A DNA stretch of 64,000 bases, taken from the NCBI RefSeq assembly GCF_009914755.1, contig NC_060931.1; one strand, written 5' to 3'. Source of the DNA: the human T2T-CHM13v2.0 reference genome, Homo sapiens. The notes below the pieces were generated by a model. The model made no database searches. It was not told the DNA's origin and was given only the letters and a program-made list of their open reading frames with translations. Positions 15,493 to 36,150 of the stretch are shown here, in pieces (the stretch's first letter is position 1; each line of letters begins with the position of its first letter). The position numbers were made by a program, and so were the translations under genes.

Positions 15493-16826
15493 TCAGAGGC
15501 TGAAGGGCCAGAGGAGAGGTAGAGAGACAGGGAATGGCCGATAAATACACACAACATTTATCAATTAAGTTTGCTGTCTTATATGGGAGTGGTTCATGGT
15601 GCCCCAAAACAAGTACAATAATTAACACCAAAATCACCGATCACAGCTTACAATAACATAATAATAATGGAAAAGTTTGAAATATTGTGAAAATACCCAA
15701 CATATATCACAGAGACACGAAGTAAGTGCATGCTGTTGGAAAAATGGCAGAGACTTGCTCGATGCAAAGTTGCCACAAACCCTCAATTTGTAAGAAAAAC
15801 ATAATATCTGCAAAGCACGATAAAGTGAGGCACAATACAACTGTACTCTCCAATTTTTCTAAAATGAACCTGCATTATTTTTGCAATAAAAAAGAAGTGT
15901 TGTATGGTTTGGTTTTGTTTTTTAACTTCCTGGTTTTAGGTGACACACCGGCCTTCTCACGCTTTAAGAGATGATCCAAATTGGATAAAGGCTGGAGAAC
16001 CTAAGTGGCCACAAATTTGAAAGAGGTACTATTTATGACACCAAAATCATTTGCAAAGCAGGAGTGAGTCACTAACTCTTATTTGCAGCTTTAAAACACA
16101 AGGAGCAAAATATAAAGACAGTTTGAACCTGGAGGTAGGTGATGCGCAGCTGAAATTAATTTTCCACGGAGGTTTACTTATGCATTTCGTATCTTCACAG
16201 GTTCCCATTCACTGCAGAAGTGTAACCCCAAAACAATGAAATCAATCAGCACGGAAGCACTATCTTCAGCGTTCTGAATGCTGCCACTTGTACTTCAAGG
16301 CTCCTTGAATAAATAAACACTGGAAAGCTCATGGCTTTTTTCCCTTTTGTTTTAGTAATGGAAAGCCTTTACAGAGGATGGACTCAGATCGATTTGATGA
16401 CAATGGCCACGACATTCAAGTGATTCCTATTTTACATGCAGTGCTAAACCTGAGTGCCTTTTTATCTTCCTGTTCACATGACAAAGCAGCCACTTATCAG
16501 TTACAACTGCAGCAGAAAAGGCTGGAAAGTCCTAGAGAGCCTGGGCTAATGGCACCTTTGGGGAAGCAATCTGGGGTCACTCCAGAGATTAACCCTTGAA
16601 ATCTCAACAAAACCATGACCTGCCTCGAAGACTCTGGTTTCAACAAGTTACTCTCCCTCCACCTGTGAGGTGGTGTGATGAAGATTTATGTGATATGTTA
16701 CTAGAAAAGGGAAAGTATAGCATTTTACATTGAGATAAGAAATGAAAAATGACCAAAAAACATAATTCTGGCCTAAGAATATATGTGACAGTGTCAGAGC
16801 CCAAGCAGTAAGGGAAAGAAGACTTC

Positions 16827-17278
<452 letters not shown>

Positions 17279-17824
17279 TCATCATCTTGGAAAACCTCAG
17301 GCACTTCCAGGATGACCAGACAGTGAGAGTGAGCTGAGAAAATGGAAAACTCTGTTCCTCAACCTTCTCCTCCAGAATCTTTTACATCTAATGGGATTCT
17401 CCAGGTTGAATGGAGCCAGATCTCTAAGTGGATTAATTGTTATTTATAACAACATTCTGAACCATGACGCATGGTGGCCTCCCATCACTCTCTCTCCACT
17501 AGATAAATTGTCCAACAGTAATAAACAAATAGATGGAACTTGCCTCCCTGCCAAGGATGTGCTGCTGTCATCTTTCTGCCATGGTCATCAATTAAAGGAT
17601 TAAATAATGAATCAATTGTCAGAGTTCAACTCTAATCTTTAGACTCAAACTCTGAAGATGCTCCAGGAATAGCAGGATTGGATTTATGCCCTTTATTTTC
17701 CTTCACCTCACCCTATGAGGGTGCAAGCAGCCATAAACACACTTATGTGCACAGTCTCACACACGTTCACACGCTACACCCCACACATGTTCTCTCCCAC
17801 AGCTTCTCTTGCCATTTAAGTAAT

Positions 17825-18514
<690 letters not shown>

Positions 18515-18912
18515 CTGAGTGGCTTTTTCAATTAGGTAATGAACTTATTTAAATCATGGAGAGAAATGCATTCATGTTGGAGGAAAGTGGTTTTAAGCCT
18601 TTAGAAAAGGAGAGCTCTAGTAACGTTTACCAGCAGCCCCTACCTACAGCGAGGCCAGGAAAGAAGGACAGGCACTCAAACCACCAGGCCAGGAGACATT
18701 CAGCCAGACATGTGGAACAGTGGCTTCCAGCTGCCCAAGAACACCCACCTGGAGGGGCATTTTCCCCAAAGGATGGTGAAGCTACGAGTATGCATGAGTT
18801 CAGCAAAGATTTAGGTAAAGACATGATGCCCATCTATAATGACATACTGAGAGGTCGTTAGAGATATTGATTAATCATGGTAGTAACTTACATTTATAAA
18901 TCCTTTACAATA

Positions 18913-19040
18913 GGCCAGGTGTAGTGGTTCATACCCGTAATCCCAGCACTTTGGGAGGCCGAGGCTGCAGTGAGCTATGATCACGCCACTGCACTCCAGC
19001 CTGGGTGACAGAGCAAGACCTTGTCTCAAATTAATAAATA
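18913..19040 (+). mobile_element. Internally deleted mini-Alu
   Basis: 5' 50 bp joined at GAGGC to the 3' end; perfect 15-bp TSD AAATCCTTTACAATA. Confidence 0.88.
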
Positions 19041-19078
19041 AAATCCTTTACAATAAATAGGCACTGGGCCAAAGTCTT

Positions 19079-19443
<365 letters not shown>

Positions 19444-19739
19444 TAATGTAAAAATAATGATTTGCCTGATTTTTGAAATGAGAAATCTGGGGCTCAGGGA
19501 AGTTCAATAACCGAACAAAAATCACACAGCTGGAAAGTGAATTGGAGTTGGGATTCAAACCAGTCAGATGGATTCCAGAGCCCGCTTCATATCATAGCCA
19601 CATGCCTAACTTCTTTCATTTTTTGTTAACATTCCTAAACTTTTGAGATTCATTTTATAAAGGAAAACACCCATTACCATATTCTCCATGAATTCTTCTG
19701 TAATACCATGATGAGAAACAGACTTAGCATATACCTAGA

Positions 19740-19785
19740 CATACACACATGCACACACACACACACACACATACACACACACATA
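19740..19785. repeat. (CA)n microsatellite, imperfect
   Basis: CACACA run. Confidence 0.9.
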
Positions 19786-20778
19786 TCTAGCCAAGGAAGG
19801 TAACTAAGGGGTGTATAGAAAATACCATTATTTCTCTCTCTCCACCTACCAGGCAATTGATTCTGGCAAGTGCAAAGAGAGAGAGACTTGAGTCAAACTC
19901 TCAGGCACAGTCTTTATCACCCCTTCTACCTACCACCCCAAAGCATCAAAGGAGTATTACGGGATTGTAGCTGCCCCAGTGCTAGACAGGTAACCTCACC
20001 TGAGAGTCCTTAGTACCTTAGGAACTTGAAACTAACACAAGAACTTGACATAACATGAAACTACAGATAGCCCAAAAGAAGGCAGAAAAAGGTCAATCTG
20101 AGCACACAGATGAGTTACCCATCAGCAGCCTCTTCTAGAACTACCCCAAGGGAAGGAAGATTAGGGTCTATGCTTGGCCAATGCAAAGCAGAGTCTTATA
20201 AGGAAGACGAAGGTAATTCGCTCAGGCCACATTGAGTCTGTTACCACCCTCAGCCCATGCCCTTCCACGCTGGTGCCAGGACACAGCATAGAGAAGCCTG
20301 ATTTGCCTCCTTTCCTATGCTTCCCGCCTGCTGTCTTCCTGAGACATCAGTTCTTCCTGATTTGTTTTTGTTGGCAGTGTTGACTGCGGGTGGTCCTTGG
20401 CATAGAGGGACAGAGAGGGGCTCAATCCCTTCTCAGGAATGATCTTCGCTCTCAAGGCCCGGGGCAACCTTGTTGCCTACAGCTCCTTGCAGAACTTGGC
20501 CTTTGCCTTTCGACAGCACACGTGGCTTCTGGAAACATTCCTGTGCCTTGAGAGCCCCATCTGCTCCCTCATGGAAGCTGCCCACGCGAAGGCTAAACTT
20601 CCCTCTGTTGTTGTATAAAGAACAGAGCCTCCTTCTCAAGTCTTCAAATAAACTTCCTCCTCTCCCAAACACAAACACTGACACCCAAATGTCTGGCTTT
20701 ATTGGGTCTCTTATTTCCATCCACTCGCTAGGAGAGCTGAGTCCAACACCATGTTTTATCAGCTTAAAAGGATCACAA

Positions 20779-20912
20779 ATCCCAGCACTTTGGGAGGCCA
20801 ATGTGGGAGGATTGCTTGAGGCCAGGAATTCGAGGCTGCATGAGCTATGATCATGCCACTGCACTCTAGCCTGGGCAACAAAGCAAGACCCTGTCTCTAA
20901 AAGAAAAAAAAG
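20779..20912 (+). mobile_element. Alu monomer (FRAM/FAM-like)
   Basis: Single arm; TSD TAAAAGGA.CACA. Confidence 0.85.
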
Positions 20913-21181
20913 ATAAAAGGAGCACAGTCTGCAGCCCTCCTCACTGCCTGTGGTGCAGTGAGGTCAAGAGAATCAAGGAGAATGGTAACCCCTCCCAGAA
21001 GACGGCCCAGTCTGCAGGGAAGGAGAGCACAGGAAAACTTACCAGTCATGCAAATGCTAATACATTAATGCAACTGGGTGTGTGGGCAGAGATGGGCCTG
21101 ATCTGGAGCTCATAAAGGCAGGAATACATCTTCCTTCCAATCTACTAGTGATTTCCATCTCAACATTGAAAAATCATTGTC

Positions 21182-21503
<322 letters not shown>

Positions 21504-21517
21504 TCAAATGTCTAAAT

Positions 21518-22130
<613 letters not shown>

Positions 22131-22445
22131 ACATGTCGAAATTATAAGTCTCTGCTGAAGTTTGAATCCCTTGGATAAGACAGGATGGAACATTCTCCCT
22201 GGAAAAGGCAGAAGGCTGGTTTGGAGCAAGCTTGATTGGAGGCAGGGGAGGAAGAGTCCATGGCCCCTGGGATCCAGAGGTACTTGAAACATCAGATTGG
22301 CCTGCTCTATTTGGCAAGACTTTTGTCAACACCAGCTCTGGCTGGAGGTCATTACCTGGGCAGAGGAGCCTCAGAGACCCCTCTTCCCCACTGTCCTAAA
22401 TCCTTGGTATGCTAAAGATGAACAATATTTCCTCCCTCACCCACA

Positions 22446-22752
22446 TTTTCTTTCTTTTTTTTTTTTTTTTGAGATGGAGTCTCACTCTGTCACCCAGGCT
22501 GGAGTACAGTGGCGAGATCTCTGTTCGCTGCAACCTCCGACTCCTGGGTTCAAGCAATTCTCCTGCCTCGGTCTCCCAAGTAGCTGAGATTACAGGCGTG
22601 CACCACCACGCCTGGCTAATTTTTGTATTTTTAGTAGGGACGGGGTTTCACCATGTTGACCAGGCTGATCTCGAACTCCTGACCTCAAGCAATCCACCCA
22701 CCTCAGCCTCCCAAAGTGCTGGGATTACAGGCGTGAGCCACTGCACCCGGAC
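22446..22752 (-). mobile_element. AluSx
   Basis: Full dimer. Confidence 0.9.
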
Positions 22753-22755
22753 TGG

Positions 22756-23170
22756 CTGGGCAAGTCTCATTTGGGGCCTCTCACATAGTAGGGATCAGGC
22801 GTCAGCTGTGCTGTGGTCATCTGGGGGCTCAGCTACACTGGATGCTCTAGGTGGCTCACAGATGGCAGGCACTGGATGCCACTGTCTGCTGGTTGCTCAA
22901 CAGTGTCTGAAGACGTGGCCTCTTCAGGGTAACCACTTCATTTCATCCTACATGGTGGTGTCTCCACCCAGAATAAGTATCCCAAGATACTAGGAAGAGA
23001 CTGGGTGGCTGTATGACCTAGCCCCAGAAACAACTCAGCCTCACATCTGCCATGTTCCATTGACTGGAATATCTAAGAGACCCACCAGATTCGAGAAAAA
23101 GAAGACATCGACTCCCACCTTTCAATGGAAGAAGTAGCAAAGAAGTTTGGGCCAGTTTTTAATTACTTCA
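22756..23170 (-). mobile_element. Old MaLR LTR fragment (MLT1H-like)
   Basis: TATGACCTAGCCCCAGAA..CACATCTGCCATGTTCCATTG..CCAGATTC..GACTCCCACCT..ATGGAAGAAGTAGCAAAG. Confidence 0.65.
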
Positions 23171-23226
23171 ATTTAAAGTTGAGGAAACTCAAACAAGGTA
23201 ACTAAATTGTCAAAAATCACATTCCT

Positions 23227-23941
<715 letters not shown>

Positions 23942-23966
23942 AAAAATTAACATAATAGAAATGCAA

Positions 23967-24095
23967 GCTGGGCACAGTGGCATGTGCACCTGTAGCCCCA
24001 GCTACTAGGGAGGCTGAGGCAGGAGGATCACTTTACCCCAGGAGTTCAAGACCAGCCTGGCCAACATAGCAAGACTCTATCTCTATTTTTTTAAA
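23967..24095 (+). mobile_element. FLAM-like Alu monomer
   Basis: Single arm ending GCAAGACTCTATCTC. Confidence 0.8.
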
Positions 24096-24353
24096 AGAAG
24101 AATGGGAATTCAAACCCAGCCTTGTCCAATTCGAAATTGAGCACCCCTCTGGCAATGTCAAAACTGCCCAGTAAGCTGGGGCATTCTTGCTTTTTGCCTT
24201 GGTAGTCAAGGTGGGGGTGGCTATAGGCTCACTCTAGCTACAGAAATGTTAGGCCCTTCCTTCATTCCTTCCTTGTTTCCTTTCTCTTCTTTCCTTCTTT
24301 CCTTCCAGCTGACTGCCTTCCTGAGTTATTTCTAAACCAAGAGTCAAATTCTA

Positions 24354-24467
<114 letters not shown>

Positions 24468-25234
24468 TGTGTTCCCCCACCCGCAGGGCCATACATCTTA
24501 AGGCAGAGAGAAGTGATGTCACCATGCTGAGGGCCTCAATAGAAGGGAATCTCCAACTTGTCACCATTCTGCCTGTAAATAGTGTCTTCCCAAAGGCTGA
24601 AATCGCATTACATTCTTGCCCTAAAAAGATGAACACAGCTATTGAATTAGAAGCTCTAGCATGTGCAAGAGACCTACACTTTGAAAGGCTGAAGCATCAA
24701 CCAGCCTCTTCCAATCTTTCATGAGTATTTTGAAGACACTTAGAGATATTTTCTCCTCATCCATCTGGAATGACAAGCAGAGGCATTATGCGTATCAAAC
24801 ATGAACACCTACATAATCCGGACTGCTCATTGGAAAGAGTTCTCATTTCCAAATGTTCCTCAGATGATCATAAGAGAATATAGACTTAATTGCAACCTGT
24901 TATTAGCCACCAAATGTTTCAACTGAATGGGTTCTCTTGCCAATGTTTCCCCCTTTCAGATGAAGAGTCCAGGCCCTCAGTGCCCATAACAACTGTCCCC
25001 TCCAAGTCCCCAGACCAGGTAGTACTGAATGAGTGTTTTGACACAACGGCTAAGCACTGGTTTTGAAGTCTTATAGTCCTGGATTCAAATTCTAGTTCTG
25101 TCACTTATCAGCCCAAGTTTCTCAACCTCTTCAAGCCTCATGTACCTGACTATCAGATGCAGATCATAAAAGCATCTTCCTCATTTGGGTTGTTGTGAGA
25201 TTAATGTAAGGAATTACATGTAGATTAAAGGGCA

Positions 25235-25479
25235 GTTTATGCAGAAACTAGGAAAACACTAGGAAAAAGGTGGTACCTTTTAGGTCTTTTGGGTCTTTCA
25301 TTACCATGGAAAGGGGCAGTAACTCCTGGGTGTTGCCATGGCAACAGTAAACTGACATGGCACCCTGATGGGCTTGTCTCATGGGAAGCTGCTTCCATCC
25401 TGTCCCTGTTTTACCTACTCCTCCATTTTGTCCAGTGTCCAAGCCCCACCTCTCCAGTTGAGTCCCACCTCCTACCTCA
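25235..25479 (-). mobile_element. LTR26-like ERV1 LTR, 5' part only, inside a MIR
   Basis: The reverse complement begins TGAGGTAGGAGGTGGGACTCAACT..GGACACTGGACAAAAT; contains GTTGCCATGGCAAC. Confidence 0.75.
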
Positions 25480-25805
25480 AGGTCAGGCTAAGTGAGGCTA
25501 AGTGAGATCATGCCCTTATTAGCACAATACCTAACATCTGGTAAGCATTAAATAAATATTGGCTACTACAATCCCAGAAGTAACTGGACAGTGTTGGAGT
25601 AATGCTAAAGCCCAGGCTGGAAGAAAAACGAGCTAGTCAGTAGTTCAGAGAGATAGAACAAGTTCAGCAGTTGTCAGCAGGCAAGGAGACAGATCCCAGA
25701 TCAACTAAGGGGAGGGAGATGCCGAAAAGCATACAGGATCTGGTATCTGGAAGATGAGAGGGTGAACAGAATCCACACGTATGCAAAAGCCCTTAGTACT
25801 CTGCC

Positions 25806-25978
25806 AGGGGTTCTTATCTCTCTTTCAAACAGCATTCTGGGAATGGGCAACCCAACATTCACATACAAAAAGACAGACTTGTAAGATCAAGTAATATCTA
25901 ATGTCTTTAATATATGCAGTTACAGACATTTAGGAGAAGTAATGCTTATTGTACACCTACCATGTGCAAAGTACAGCA
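25806..25978 (+). repeat. Left arm of a 173-bp inverted duplication
   Basis: Reverse complement of 27577-27749 with 3 mismatches. Confidence 0.97.
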
Positions 25979-26180
25979 CAATCACTTTTGCATGCTTGAT
26001 GTCATGGATTCTTGACATTATGCTGCAGAATTAGAAGGTTTATCCCCAGTTTTTGAAAGGTAAAGAAAACGAGGCTTGGAAATGTTAACATAACCAGGGT
26101 CATGGGGTCAGGGTGTGGGTGGGCTGGAAGTTGAAGCCCAGATGACTCTGAAATTTGCAGTCTTTCCACTCCACCTACCA
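25940..26180 (-). mobile_element. MIR overlapping the inner end of the left inverted-repeat arm
   Basis: CTTATTGTACACCTACCATGTGC..ATCCCCAGTTTT..GAAAACGAGGCT. Confidence 0.6.
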
Positions 26181-26326
26181 ATGATGTTTCAGAGGAGACA
26201 AGCATGAGTTGAGTGGCTTTGAGAGATGATTCCTCTGCAGTGAGGAAACAGAAGAAAGTTGTCAAAGATTCTTAGCCACAAATGAAATACCATCTTCTCT
26301 TCTAATTTTTTCCTCCAGAATTTATC

Positions 26327-26695
26327 AGGCTGGGCAGGGTGACTCACACACGTAATCCCAGAGCTTTGGGAGGCTGAGGCTAGAAGATCACTTGAGCCCA
26401 TGAATTCAAGACCAGCCTGGGCAAAAAAGTGGAACTCCATCTACACACACAAAAAAAACTTAATTAGCCGTGTGCAATACTGTGTGCTTGTAGTCTCAGC
26501 TACTTGGGAGGGCGGAGGTGGGAGGATGGCTTGAGCCCAAGAGTTTGAGGCTGCAGTGAGCCATGATCACACCACTGTATTCCAGCCTGCTGGATGACAG
26601 ATTGAGACCCTGTCTCTAAAACAAATGAAGAAGAAGAGGAAGAAGAGGAAGGGAAAGGGGAAGGGGAAGAAGAAGCAGAAAGAGAAAGAGAAGGC
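26327..26695 (+). mobile_element. AluJ with a GA-rich tail extension
   Basis: J diagnostics; (GAA/GAG)n at 26626-26695. Confidence 0.88.
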
Positions 26696-26750
26696 AGATT
26701 CAAAGTCAAGTCTTAACATTTTTGCCTTTCTGGCAGGAAATGATAACTGA

Positions 26751-27485
<735 letters not shown>

Positions 27486-27576
27486 GTACTCTTAATTTTC
27501 ATACTTCCATTCAGGCACATTAAGTAGTTGTCTGATCTTATTTTAAGCAGTTTTTTCTCAGAAGATAGTGTTGCTT

Positions 27577-27749
27577 TGCTGTACTTTGCACATGGTAGGT
27601 GTACAATGAGCATTACTTCTCCTAAATGTCTGTAACTGCATATATTAAAGACATTAGATATTACTTGATCTTAGAAGTCTGTCTTTTTGTATGTGAATGT
27701 GGGGTTGCCCATTCCCAGAATGCTGTTTGAAAGAGAGATAAGAACCCCT
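27577..27749 (-). repeat. Right arm of the 173-bp inverted duplication
   Basis: Reverse complement of 25806-25978. Confidence 0.97.
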
Positions 27750-28507
27750 TTTTTGGCAACACCCAAAGCAGAAGCCCTGGTAAATTAAGAAAGAAAGTTG
27801 GCGACTGTTGGGGGGATTTGGACAAATGGAAACCCAAATACAAATTGCTCTTCCAGGTCGTAACTTGCACACAGTAAAATATACACCAATTCAGTGCATT
27901 GAATAATGAAAACTAGGTTGCAGTAATGATGTAGAAACGACCTAAAAATATGGTGTCTTCACCACCACGCTGAGAAGCCAATGGTGATTTTCTGTTTCAA
28001 GAAAGTGGCATTGTTCCATATTATGTTTAGAACTGTGGTTTGTCTGATAGAATGCAGCTGAACATTTTGTCCCCTGTACCAAAGGCACACGGTGACAATG
28101 TTTGTGTACACTCTCCAGCATGCCCCATACATGGAATCAATCTGGAATTATTTTTTAAAGAGGATTGGGGTTTAGCATTTCATGGGAAATGCCTGTGTCA
28201 GGAATTCAGTAACACGTTAGTACGCTATGTCAAAACAACTGTACTAGTAAAACACTTCACATTGCACCATCTGAGAACAATAGTATTGCATGAGGCACAA
28301 AACTCTCACCCCGAAATGAGTGTCAGCCTGTGTCACTTGATAAAGTTGTCAGAAAATATTTTGATCAGTGTACCTGTAGTTATTGTGTTTGCTTTCCTTT
28401 GTGAAAGATTGGAGTCACTAGCATCCTGGATTAACTACCAACGTTTTTTGTTCTTTCTTCATCTTTACCCAAGGAAACTGAAAAATATCTGCTTCTGGTA
28501 TGATCAC

Positions 28508-29191
<684 letters not shown>

Positions 29192-29780
29192 ATCATCAAA
29201 TGCCAGAAAGAAATCTACCTATCTAAGGTAGATTTCTACCTATCTGAGGACTGCCTTCTTCAAATAATGAAATGGAATGGAAGCCCATAGAGTATAAGCA
29301 ATGTGTATAAGCTCACCTAATAGTGGCAGAACCAAGCTTAGAACCTACTGAGAGACAGGTACGTTATGGGGAAGCATATGTTGATAAGACAGAACATAAT
29401 TCCAAAGGAGGACGTAAAATACATTTTCATCTGGTTTAATTTGAGTGAAAAAAAAATCCCCACAGTTTCTCATATTTAAAAATAAAACTTTTTAAGTAGG
29501 CAAGAAAATTAGTATGCTCTTGAGGATGAGATTTCATATGAAATTTCAGATTTAAATATGATGCAACATTGAGCAGTATATAATTACCAAAAAGGTCACA
29601 TCTGTAAAATTTTAAATATCTAAATAACAAATTATAAAGGGTATCAATATCATTCCATTTTGAGCATCTTATATGTATTCTGAAAACAAATAATGTCGTG
29701 GCACTTGCTGTGACGTAAAAGGCTCTGCAATAGAACTTAACAGACTTTGGTTTGAGTCAGTTAACCGAAGTGGGCCTCTT

Positions 29781-30578
<798 letters not shown>

Positions 30579-30978
30579 AATGGGTCTCCTTGCTGTTGGT
30601 GTCTTCCTTTGAAAGAAGGTTTCTAGTTAATTTTAGGGCAATGGTCATATCCATTATTGTCTCACTATCTTTCATCTCAGTCTTTTGGAGAAAAGAAAAA
30701 TTGAATTATGCAACTTTGATCAAGAAAGGGCCATCATGATTATACAGTCAAACATTTTTATTTTACAGTTGAAGAAACTGAGATCTAGAAATATTAAATG
30801 ACTCTCTCATGGCCCCTTGAAAAAAAAAAAAGACACCCTGAGAGTCAGTTTGCTTTCCATTCTCCTTCCCTTTTTCTTTCCCATCACCTTCATCCCTTTT
30901 TGGAATGTCATGCATTGTGGAAATTAAAAGACAGTACCTGATTGGAAACCTGGGTTCCCCTTTGAAAAGTCTGTGCTT

Positions 30979-31632
<654 letters not shown>

Positions 31633-33510
31633 CTACACTGTGTCTCTGCTTTCACTGGTGGTAATTTCTGGAACAACTTAGCATAAACACCTTTGGGGAG
31701 AGCAGACATTCCGTGTTGCAAAAGGAGAAAAGTGGAAAATAAAGATTCCAGAATCAAAATTTCACTTTATGAAAATGTTATAAAGTTTCAGGGAAAAATT
31801 GAAAATTCAGCTAAAAGTTGAGAAAAGGGGTAGGTTGCCAATATCTGATCACCGCCACCCTGCCCGTGGTTTGGAATGGGGGACCAGGCAGGGTGTTCTA
31901 TTCTGCTTTTAGGGGGTCCCAGCTCTCACACCAGCATCTGACATGCATCCAGCCATCTAGATTAGGAATTTGATGACTATAAAAACATAGTTTTAGCTTC
32001 TTCTTAAATGGATGTGTATCTTGGGTTGGTTGGCTATACTTTGTTTTCCCTATTTCTTAAGTGGGCTGTCCCTGTCTCTCCCCCAATATATTCTTTTTCC
32101 TACCACTTCATCACTCCCAACCACTTTTCAATGCTTTTGACATTTATTGCTAATAAAAATAATAACACTTATCATCTAAAACTTAGTATTTCAGTTTGAA
32201 AGTTTTATGTACGTTATTTTTACTTGGATTTATGTCACTCCTCCAAGCAAAGAATAAATAAAAGCACTTTATCAAATTTATAACCTACTCAAATTCAGAG
32301 ATTTCTGAATAGGAAACAGACCAGGGACACTTAGCCAAGATTAGTTTAAAGAGAAACCAAAATTTTGCATACGGGTCTCTGAAGAAAGATGTTCGTCTTT
32401 AAAGGTCGTGTCCACACGTGAAACGGGAAGTGGATAATGAGGGTAATTACCTCTGCACCAGAGGCCTTCCCGCTTACCTGTTCCCTGAAATGCCCAGGTA
32501 ACTAACAAAGGCAAACATGTTTTCTGGTCTCAATTATATCCTAATAATTGTTTCAATTCTCTGCTTCCTTTTGAGTGTAAAGATCTGGGCTAAAAGGCTT
32601 TAAAAAACAGGCTGAAAAGGTTTCCCAGACGTAAAGTAGATTTTACAAAAGAAACTTCTGGCAAGTTGAATGTAAGTAAATCAGAAACATATGGACTATG
32701 TTTGCCTCAAAATACCCATGGGTTTGAAAGCCCAGAAAACACATAAAAAGTAAAGGGAAACTGTTTTCCAAAGCTGAGCTTGAGAAACTGCACGCTGGAA
32801 CAGAAAGCCTGGCTCAACCCACCCAGCGCAGGGGATGGAGCTGGTGGTCAGGCAGCCACCAGCGCCTACCCCAGAGCTGATGCCGACAGTCTTCATTTCT
32901 GAAGATGACTTGATTGATGGAGTCTTGACCTGTACACATGGGCGTGACTGAGAAAACATCACTCGGTACTTCCCATACTGAAGACATGACTTCATAGCTC
33001 CTTTGCAACCATCTGTAGTGAATGTTTACACAGCCTGTTTCTCTTCTTGAGGGCCTCTCATGCTAAACCATCAGGCTGCTGTCAGGCATGCATTTACTGA
33101 GCATTTAGCACGCGCCCCGTAGAGAAGGATCACAGAGAAAGAGACGATCCTATGCCGGCCCAGAAGGTGAATTACAGACTCCGAATTGGAAGGTCCTTAA
33201 AGATACCTGAGTTTCTCTTTCCACCCTGTGCGGGATTCTGGTTGCAGTTTGCAGTCTAGATCATGGAAAGAATGGTCACAAAATAACTCAAATGGTGACC
33301 AGCACAGCATAGATTCCTTGTTGACAGGCAAGGTCCTTAAACAGTAGCAAGTGGTGCTCGTGTTGGTGGGTGATGCTGGTGTTGGCGGGTGAGGCTTGGG
33401 AGAACAAATTGAAGGTTGATGGAGGGTAACCGGGCCAGAGCCCAAGCTCTCAGTCTGTCCGTCAAAGTCAGGCTTACTTATGCTTTGGAGTGCAGTACTG
33501 AGGCCACTAA

Positions 33511-33864
<354 letters not shown>

Positions 33865-34264
33865 TAGCAAATTATGTGTCTGGAATCCTTTCAAAGCTCA
33901 GTAACACATATTGAGTCCAGATTATTTTAGAAGACTATTATTATCCCATAATCTATATACGTGTTAACATTGTGTTCAATCTTGCATTCAAATTTACAAG
34001 ACAGATCTGTCCTTATGTCAGTGTTCACCCAGTGTTACATTATGTCAGACTTGCTTCCTTAATTCTGAATGATCTTTTTCTGAATTAAAGTACTATGTTT
34101 AAGAAGGAAAAAAAAAAAACCTCAAATGGAAAGAACACAGTTTGGAGAGTCAGACGTCCTGATATCAGGTCTCAGAAACACTCTGCCTGTAGACCTGTTG
34201 TTTGACCACTCAGAGCATCAGTTTCCTCTTCAATTAAATGGGAATAAAAGTCAAATTACCTATT

Positions 34265-34507
<243 letters not shown>

Positions 34508-35152
34508 TGTATACATATATATATACACACATAATGTCTCTTCCCCACCCAGGCTGTAAATAAATAGAAAAACAAAATGAAGAGTAAGATGGAGGCCAGA
34601 GTTTTCACCTTTATTCCTGAAAGAGGCCCAGTTGTAAGGCAGAGTAGAATGAGAGAGAAATGGACCTGAAACCCAGATAAAGGCGGAAGACTTGTTCAAT
34701 CCCAGGCCATGCCGGGCTGACACAGGCTTCCACACGCCAGAGGGGATTGCTGAATTAGAGCCTGGAAAGTCGAAGGAGAATTCAGAGCCTTGATGAGCAG
34801 CTCATCCCAAAAAGAAACCACAGAGCTGAGTATACCTGAGCTCATCCAGATTATTCTTCCACATCTGCCAGACAGATCCTGCCGCTCCCAAGAGAAGGAG
34901 TGATTAATGGGTAGAGAACAGCCAGAAGTGACTCATAAGATGTCACCTCAATGGAAATACCAGGAGTAGAGAAGTGAGCTAAGTAGGACAACGCATGGGA
35001 AAGTCCTCTTGTGATCTGCAAAACGTCGTGTACATTTCAGGCTTTTGCTCAATCTGCCTGCACGTATGATACGTCTACTATTTGCTCAGTTCCCAACACT
35101 AGCTTCCAGAAAATTTAGGTTGAACAAGACATTGTTCCTGTAATTAAGATTA

Positions 35153-35749
<597 letters not shown>

Positions 35750-35857
35750 TCATTCCGCATAGCTGTAGGAGAAATCATCTTAATGTTATGCAGAATAATC
35801 AGAAAAAGCATTACAATCTAAAACAATACAGTAGCATGCAAGAGTAAGAAAACTCGA

Positions 35858-36150
35858 GGCCGGGCGCGGTGGCTCAGGCCTGTAATCCCAGCACTTTGGG
35901 AGGCCAAAACGGGTGGATCACGAGGTCGGGAGTTCAAGACCAGCCTGGCCAACATGGTGAAACTCCGAATCTACTAAAAATACAAAAATTAGCCGGGTGT
36001 GGTGGCACGCGCCTGTAATCCCAGCTACTCGGGAGGCTGAGGCAGGAGAATCGCTTGAATACCCGGGAGGCGGAGGTTGCAGTGAGCCGAGATTGCACCA
36101 CTGCACTCCAGCCTGTACGGAAGAACGAGACTCCATCTCAAAAAAAAAAA
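35858..36150 (+). mobile_element. AluSg
   Basis: GATCACGAGGTC..GAGTTCAAGACC; TSD AAGAAAACTCG. Confidence 0.9.
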
